The notes beneath the pieces are model-generated. The model made no database searches. It was not told where the DNA came from and worked only from the letters and a program-made list of their open reading frames with translations. From positions 160,001-224,000 of the forward strand of contig JBFWNU010000003.1 in assembly GCA_050250895.1 (NCBI GenBank): a stretch of 64,000 nucleotides of DNA, read 5' to 3'. Below, piece by piece: positions 58,620-64,000 of this stretch. Position 1 is the stretch's first letter. The number at the start of each line of letters is the position of its first letter. A program made the translations under genes and the position numbers. Origin of the DNA: Vulcanimicrobiota bacterium (GTDB taxonomy: Bacteria > Vulcanimicrobiota > Xenobia > Xenobiales > JADMJV01).

Positions 58620-59404
58620 ACGCCTACTTCCGGCGCATCAACTACGCCGGTCCCCGGCAGACGACGGTCGAAACTCTCGAGGCCGTTCACCTGGCACACG
58701 CCTCGACCATCCCCTTCGAGAATCTCGAAGTGCTGATGGATCGCACCCCGAACCTCGAACTCGATGGCATCGTGGCCAAGTTGGTCGAGGCTCGCCGGGG
58801 CGGCTACTGCTTCGAGCATAATACTCTGCTGGCCGCGGTCTTGCGTCAGCTCGGTTTCAAGGTGACCGAGTTGGGAGCGCGGGTGAGGTTGAGTGGCCGG
58901 CTACTGCCCCGCACGCACATGTGTCTTCTGGTTGAAGCCGAAGGACGCAGCTTTCTGGCCGATGTCGGTTTCGGAGCCGAACTGCTGTCGCCGGTGGCCT
59001 TGCGGGTGGGTTGCGAATCGACTCAGTTCGGACGCCGCTATCGGCTGATTCGCGAGGGCCAGCTGTGGGTTTTGCAGCGGCTCGAGCCCGAACCGGGTGA
59101 CCTTTATGCTTTCACCCTCGAGCCGCAGCACCCGGTCGACTTCGTCATGGCCAACCACTTTACGGCCACCCATCCCAGCTCCATTTTTCGCCACGTGTTG
59201 ACGGTCCAACGGCCTCATCCCGAGGTGCGTTACAACCTGCATAATGACGTCTTCCGCGTGCATCAAGACGGTCAAACCGAGACCCGCCCGGTGCGCGACG
59301 CAGCCGAGTTCGGTCGCCTGCTCGAGGACTTCTTTGGGATTCGTCCCGAAGCTGCCATGATCTCTGTCTACGAGCGATTTAGAACGACGAGTCAGGACCC
59401 TTGA
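58613..59404 (+). CDS. Arylamine N-acetyltransferase
   Basis: IPFENL, RRGGYCFEHN, RTHMCL, ADVGFG; RBS AGGAG. Confidence 0.95.
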   Translation: MLDAYFRRINYAGPRQTTVETLEAVHLAHASTIPFENLEVLMDRTPNLELDGIVAKLVEARRGGYCFEHNTLLAAVLRQLGFKVTELGARVRLSGRLLPRTHMCLLVEAEGRSFLADVGFGAELLSPVALRVGCESTQFGRRYRLIREGQLWVLQRLEPEPGDLYAFTLEPQHPVDFVMANHFTATHPSSIFRHVLTVQRPHPEVRYNLHNDVFRVHQDGQTETRPVRDAAEFGRLLEDFFGIRPEAAMISVYERFRTTSQDP

Positions 59405-59948
59405 GAAACTCTTGCTCTTCGTCGCTTGAGGTGCGCCCGAGGATGTCGTTGCGGTGGGGATAGCGACCGAAACGCTTGATGATGGCGTAGTGTTTCCAGG
59501 CGAATTCCAGGTAGTTTCGCAAAGGTCCGCGCTGGTCTGGCGGGGCGGTAAGCACCAGGCCGGCATAGTGCGAGAGGCTCAGGTCCTGCATTTCGAGCGA
59601 CTCGCTGTGCTCGAGGGGTAGATAGAAGAAGGCTCGCTGGTGGGGACCCAACTCGTGATCTGCCTTTTGCTGCAGTCCCCCGAGCACCAGGGCCAGGGCC
59701 TTTTCGTCGTAGGCGAAGGCGCGAGCCTGGCCGCGATAGAGGTTGCGCGGAAACTGGTCAAGCGTCAGCACCAGGGCCAGACGACCCTGGGGAGTCACGG
59801 CCCAGCCGTCGTGAGCACCCTCGTGGACTTGCTCGAGCAGGGCGGCAAAGCGCGACCGGATCAGTTCGTCGACCTCGTCCCCTCCGCGAAACCATTGCGA
59901 TGGCTCGAGCTCTTCGAACCAGAATTTAATCACATCTTGCGGTTGCAT
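59379..59948 (-). CDS. DUF924 family protein
   Basis: FWFEE, LDQFPRNLYR, FFYLPLEHSE, RFGRYPHRN. Confidence 0.95.
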   Translation of the reverse strand: MQPQDVIKFWFEELEPSQWFRGGDEVDELIRSRFAALLEQVHEGAHDGWAVTPQGRLALVLTLDQFPRNLYRGQARAFAYDEKALALVLGGLQQKADHELGPHQRAFFYLPLEHSESLEMQDLSLSHYAGLVLTAPPDQRGPLRNYLEFAWKHYAIIKRFGRYPHRNDILGRTSSDEEQEFLKGPDSSF

Positions 59949-60065
59949 CCTGCCTCGTTCGACATCCTGGGCGGGCTACCTCGGCGGCCTGTTCATACCA
60001 GGGCAACATGCGAGCGAACCGGTGGTGCTTAGATAGCGGCGCGCGCGGAGTGGAAGGAACATCCT

Positions 60066-60938
60066 GTGATCCAACCCCTCATCGGGGCCATTCCTCTCAA
60101 GGCGGCCCGCCCCCGGCCCGAGGCCGCCGCGGCGGCTCTCGATAGTTTCAGCCCCAGCTCGACCCCGTGGGCCCCGCTCAAGCCTCGCTTCGCCTCGTTC
60201 TCGCAGCTGCCACCGTTTAATCAGCGCCGGAACGCGACCTGGAGTTCGGTGATGACCGACATCGCCCAGCACGAGGCTCCCGACGACAATAATCCTTACG
60301 ACGACCTGATCACCAAAGGGCACGAGACCACCCACGGTATCAACTCCTGGCTGCGCAACAACGTCGACCCGCCCGGACCGGTCAGCTGGCGACCCAAAGC
60401 TGGTTTCTACTTGCTCGAGAATCGCTCGGCCGTACTTTATGAGCCCGACTTCAAGAAGCACCAGGTCATCCCTTACGTGCCCACCAGCCTGCGCGAATCG
60501 CGCTACGACCACTATGTGGCCGGGCAGCCTGCCTGGGACGACCATCCTCTCTACATCTGGGACGAGTGGACCGCCTACATTAACGGCACTACCGTCGGCC
60601 TCGACCAGCTCGACGAGAACAAGTGGACCCAGGGCCGCCGCATCGCCTCGCTGGGCCCCCTCGAGTTCACCGTTTACTCGCTGGCGGTGGCCCAGGCCAC
60701 GGCTGAACTCGACCCCAGCAGCTGGGCCAACGACCCTCAACTCAAGTCCTTGCTGGCCTTCAATTGCGAGCGGTCCATGCAGGTCGCGCAGGCAGCCCAG
60801 GCTACACCTGAATTGAGCCATCCGCGCTTTGACGGTTACCTCGAGAAGTTCCGCACCTCGCCCGACGCTTCGGGCTTACGGCGCTTTGCGCGGGCCGAAC
60901 TCGGCGAGGAGTGGTGTCGCCAGGTATTCGGGTTCTAG
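60066..60938 (+). CDS. Hypothetical protein with HExxH (possible gluzincin)
   Basis: GHETTHG plus downstream YIWDEWTAY. Confidence 0.7.
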   Translation: MIQPLIGAIPLKAARPRPEAAAAALDSFSPSSTPWAPLKPRFASFSQLPPFNQRRNATWSSVMTDIAQHEAPDDNNPYDDLITKGHETTHGINSWLRNNVDPPGPVSWRPKAGFYLLENRSAVLYEPDFKKHQVIPYVPTSLRESRYDHYVAGQPAWDDHPLYIWDEWTAYINGTTVGLDQLDENKWTQGRRIASLGPLEFTVYSLAVAQATAELDPSSWANDPQLKSLLAFNCERSMQVAQAAQATPELSHPRFDGYLEKFRTSPDASGLRRFARAELGEEWCRQVFGF

Positions 60939-60996
60939 TTCATCCGCCCAAGCAGGTCATGCAGCACCAGTACTCGTTGGCGAAGACACATCTGGG

Positions 60997-62148
60997 TTAG
61001 ACCCAGCTGTAGGCGTATTCCTCCACCTCGAAGTCGACCGCGTTCTTGGCCACCTTCAGGGGGCGGAACGTGTCGACCATGACGGCCAGCTCTTCGGTGT
61101 CTTCCTTGCCGATGGAGGCCTCGGTGGCGCCCGGTTGGGGGCCGTGAGGCAAGCCGGAGGGGTGCAGGGTCCAGTCGTACTTGTCCACTCCGCGCCGGCT
61201 CATGAAGTCGCCGTCGACATAGTAGAGCACCTCGTCGGAGTTGACGTTGCTATGGGCGTAGGGGGCCGGAATGGCCAGAGGGTGGTAATCGAACTTGCGC
61301 GGGCAGAACGAGCAGACCACGAAGTTGTGCGCCTGGAAGGTCTGGTGCACCGGCGGGGGCTGGTGGACGCGTCCGGTAATGGGCTCGAATTCGTGGATGT
61401 TGAACGTCCAGGGGTAGAGATAGCCGTCCCAGCCGACCACGTCGAGGGGATGGTGGGCCATGATGTGGCGGTGCAGCTCGTCGCGGGCCTTGACTCGCAC
61501 CTCGAACTCGCCCTGCTCGTCGAAGGTCTCGAGTTCGGTGGGAGTCTTGAGGTCGCGCTCGCAGAAAGGAGCGTGCTCGAGCAGCTGGCCGTGCTGATTA
61601 CGATAGCGACGGGGCGGCTCGAATTGGCTGGGAGCTTCGATCACGAAGAAGCGGCCTTCGCCTCCGTCGAGCTTCATCTGCCAGGTGACCCCGAAGGGAA
61701 TGACCACATAGTCGCCGGGCCGGAAAGGCAGCTTGCCGAACTGGGTGCGTAGATGGCCGGTGCCCTCGTGGCAATACCAGACCTCATAGGCCTGGCCGTT
61801 GCGATAGAAATACTCCATGTCAGAGCTGGGCCGCGAGATGGCCAGGGTCACATCATCGTTGCCCAGCAAGACACGCTTGCTTTCGAGGGCGTCACCCCCT
61901 TTGGGAAACTCGCGGGTGCGGAATTGGCGAGCCCGCAGGGGCCCGTAGTCGAGAAACTCTTCGCGGGCGCTGCCCAGGCTTTCGACCTTGCGCACGGCGG
62001 TCGGGTGATGGTGGTGGTAGAGGATCGATTGGATCCCTGAGAACCCTTCCATCCCCATGACCTCTTCGCGGAAGAGTTCACCGTTGGGGCGACGGAACTG
62101 GATGTGGCGTTTTGACGGAATTTCTCCGAGTCGGGCATAGAACGGCAT
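60997..62148 (-). CDS. hmgA: Homogentisate 1,2-dioxygenase
   Basis: HPLDVVGWDG, GRVHQPPPVH, PYAHSNVNSDEV, LHPSGLPHGP, ELAVMVDTF. Confidence 0.95.
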   Translation of the reverse strand: MPFYARLGEIPSKRHIQFRRPNGELFREEVMGMEGFSGIQSILYHHHHPTAVRKVESLGSAREEFLDYGPLRARQFRTREFPKGGDALESKRVLLGNDDVTLAISRPSSDMEYFYRNGQAYEVWYCHEGTGHLRTQFGKLPFRPGDYVVIPFGVTWQMKLDGGEGRFFVIEAPSQFEPPRRYRNQHGQLLEHAPFCERDLKTPTELETFDEQGEFEVRVKARDELHRHIMAHHPLDVVGWDGYLYPWTFNIHEFEPITGRVHQPPPVHQTFQAHNFVVCSFCPRKFDYHPLAIPAPYAHSNVNSDEVLYYVDGDFMSRRGVDKYDWTLHPSGLPHGPQPGATEASIGKEDTEELAVMVDTFRPLKVAKNAVDFEVEEYAYSWV

Positions 62149-62291
62149 GGCACAGGGCATTTTCGCGGGCCATCCAGTTGCTCCTACCTGGACGGATGTT
62201 CACATTCGCGTAATTACGTTCCTCTAAATTTTGGCGCATAGTGGTGGAGAACATATTGCGACCTCGAGATCGCACCGGAGGGATTAAGAAA

Positions 62292-64000
62292 ATGTTGACT
62301 AGCGTCACCGCCAACAATTACCGATACACTCAACACCGCGCCGCTTCCAAACCGGCCGCCAACAAGCCTCAGCAAACGCCGGCTGAGCTTGCCGAGCAAC
62401 TGCGTCAGACCGGCGAAGCCGAGAAGGCCCGCGGCCAGCAGTTGAAAGAGGAGGGAGCTGCTCAGAAAGAGCAGGGCTTCCAACAGATTGGCGAGGGCGC
62501 TCAGAAAGTTGCCACCGGCCAACAGAACGTCGAAACCGGCAACCAGACCATCGCCTCCGGACAGGCCAAGCAGACCGAAGGCCGCGCGGCCGTCGAAGCT
62601 GGCACCGCCCAGGAAAACGCCGGCACCGCCCAGGAGAACGCCAGTCTGGCTGCCTACCAAGCCCAGCTCGAGGCCGCCCGCGCCGGTCAAGGCAAAGTCG
62701 GTGAAGGTCTCGGCACCATCGCCCAGGGTCTCGAAGCCGAGCAGGCTGGCACCCAGGTCGAGCGCGAAGGCACCGAAGCCTTCCAGGCTGGTCTCGAAGT
62801 TTCGGCCACCGCCCGCGAGGCCATCGGCCAGGGCCGCGACCAGCTGGCCGCCGGGATGGCCGCCGAGGCTGAATCCGCCGCCGCCACCAACGCTGGCATC
62901 GCCGAGTTCCGCGGTGGTATGGAAGACACCCAGGCCGGCCGCGACCGTCTGCGCCACGGCCAGGATCACATTCGCACCGCTGGCACTCTGACCGAGCAGG
63001 CTGGCGAAGCCCAGAGCCGCTCCGAGGGTTATGCCGAGCGTGCCGCCCACCACGAAGGCGAAGCCGCCGCCAAGGCTGCTGAAGCCATTGTCGACCGCGC
63101 CGCCGCCACCGAGAATCAGGAGTCCGGCAACGTCCGTCAGGCCGAAAGTGCCGTCGAGCGGGCGCAGTCCGAGACCGACGCCGCCATGGCCGCGCTGCTG
63201 GCCGCTAAAGCCGAGATCGACAACTCCACCGGCGCTGCTCTGCTCGACATCCCCAGTTTCCACGAAGAAGGTCGCCGCAACGTGGCCGAAGGCACCATCG
63301 CTCAGAACGACTCGGTAGCTAACCGCGAAAGTTCCACCGAGCACGCCACCATGAGTTCGAGCCTGGCCCAGGCTGCCCAGCGTCACTTTGACCTGGCCAC
63401 CACCGCCAACGATCGCGCCGCCCGTCTCGACAGCGAAGCCGCCAACCTCAACGAGATGGCTGCTGGTGATCGCGAGCGCTCCACCGAGTTTGCCGCTAAC
63501 GCCGCCGAACTGCGCGAGCAGGCCGCCCACCACACCGAGCACGGCAACCACGCCATCGAAGAAGGCACCCAGATGCGCGACACCGGTCTGGGCCGTCTGG
63601 CCGCTGGCGAAGCCGCCGTCTCTGCCGGTCTTCTCGGCGAAGAAGCAGCCGCGGGCACCCAGGCCGAAGGCCTGGCCACCATCGCCGCTGGCAACGAAAT
63701 TCAGGCCGGGTCCTTCCAGGCCCGTCAGGAAGCCCTGGCCCAGATGCAGAACGGCGCCAGCCAGATCGAAGCCGGCATCGAACTGCAGACCCAGGGTCTG
63801 GCCAAAGTCGGCGAAGGCGCTGGCGAAGTGGCCGCCACTGTCGGTCCTCGTCAAGAAGCCCTCGGCTCGATGAACGAAGGCGACGCCGCTGCCCGCGCCG
63901 GTTTCGACCAGCAGGCCGCCGGCCTCGAGAACATCAACACCGGCAACCTGGAAGAGATCTCCGGTCGGGTTCAGGTTCGCGAAGGCAACGCCTCGATTCA
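62292..64000 (+). CDS. Long Ala/Gly/Gln/Glu-rich heptad-repeat coiled-coil protein, runs off the right edge
   Basis: Not in ORF track. RBS GGAGG, ATG 62292: MLTSVTANNYRYTQHRAAASKPAANKPQQ...; same frame still reads as protein at the window end; Gly every 7 residues in long stretches. Confidence 0.85.
   Translation, partial: MLTSVTANNYRYTQHRAASKPAANKPQQTPAELAEQLRQTGEAEKARGQQLKEEGAAQKEQGFQQIGEGAQKVATGQQNVETGNQTIASGQAKQTEGRAAVEAGTAQENAGTAQENASLAAYQAQLEAARAGQGKVGEGLGTIAQGLEAEQAGTQVEREGTEAFQAGLEVSATAREAIGQGRDQLAAGMAAEAESAAATNAGIAEFRGGMEDTQAGRDRLRHGQDHIRTAGTLTEQAGEAQSRSEGYAERAAHHEGEAAAKAAEAIVDRAAATENQESGNVRQAESAVERAQSETDAAMAALLAAKAEIDNSTGAALLDIPSFHEEGRRNVAEGTIAQNDSVANRESSTEHATMSSSLAQAAQRHFDLATTANDRAARLDSEAANLNEMAAGDRERSTEFAANAAELREQAAHHTEHGNHAIEEGTQMRDTGLGRLAAGEAAVSAGLLGEEAAAGTQAEGLATIAAGNEIQAGSFQARQEALAQMQNGASQIEAGIELQTQGLAKVGEGAGEVAATVGPRQEALGSMNEGDAAARAGFDQQAAGLENINTGNLEEISGRVQVREGNASI

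Noticed and set aside
62214-63854. 546-aa minus-strand ORF
   Set aside because: Antisense shadow of the plus-strand heptad-repeat gene starting at 62292, which has the RBS

Overview
GC-rich bacterial chromosomal window, densely coding, with no rRNA, tRNA or CRISPR array seen. Taxonomy cannot be fixed from the sequence. Housekeeping and metabolic content: a molybdenum-hydroxylase (xdh)/amidohydrolase/PLP-enzyme cluster, glgP, a DUF711 protein, GntR-SPFH, EVE-cydAB, a membrane spermidine synthase, ATP-grasp/esterase, three pilin-like genes, a two-component pair, MFS, a queA-like gene with an SDR, and hmgA. There is an exact-looking 5,734-bp tandem duplication (35504-41237 / 41238-46971). Main signals: (1) Two homologous DUF222-like HNH endonuclease genes, each with its own palindrome (CACACGTGTG or TTCCGGCCGGAA) found upstream of the gene, inside it and at neighbouring cargo boundaries. 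One also has a ~200-nt structured 3' element present in two diverged copies that bracket an orphan Rhs ADP-ribosyltransferase toxin/immunity pair. This is a candidate palindrome-marked mobile system. (2) An exported thioredoxin-fold selenoprotein (W-U-G-A-C, in-frame TGA followed by a SECIS-like hairpin) that the ORF track splits. (3) Unrelated signal-peptide-less proteins sharing an N-terminal disordered leader, two of which share an ungapped 19-aa C-terminal tag. (4) Identically placed CRP/FNR-like boxes at -41.5 of the xdh and glgP promoters. All family assignments come from motif recognition by eye, not from database searches.
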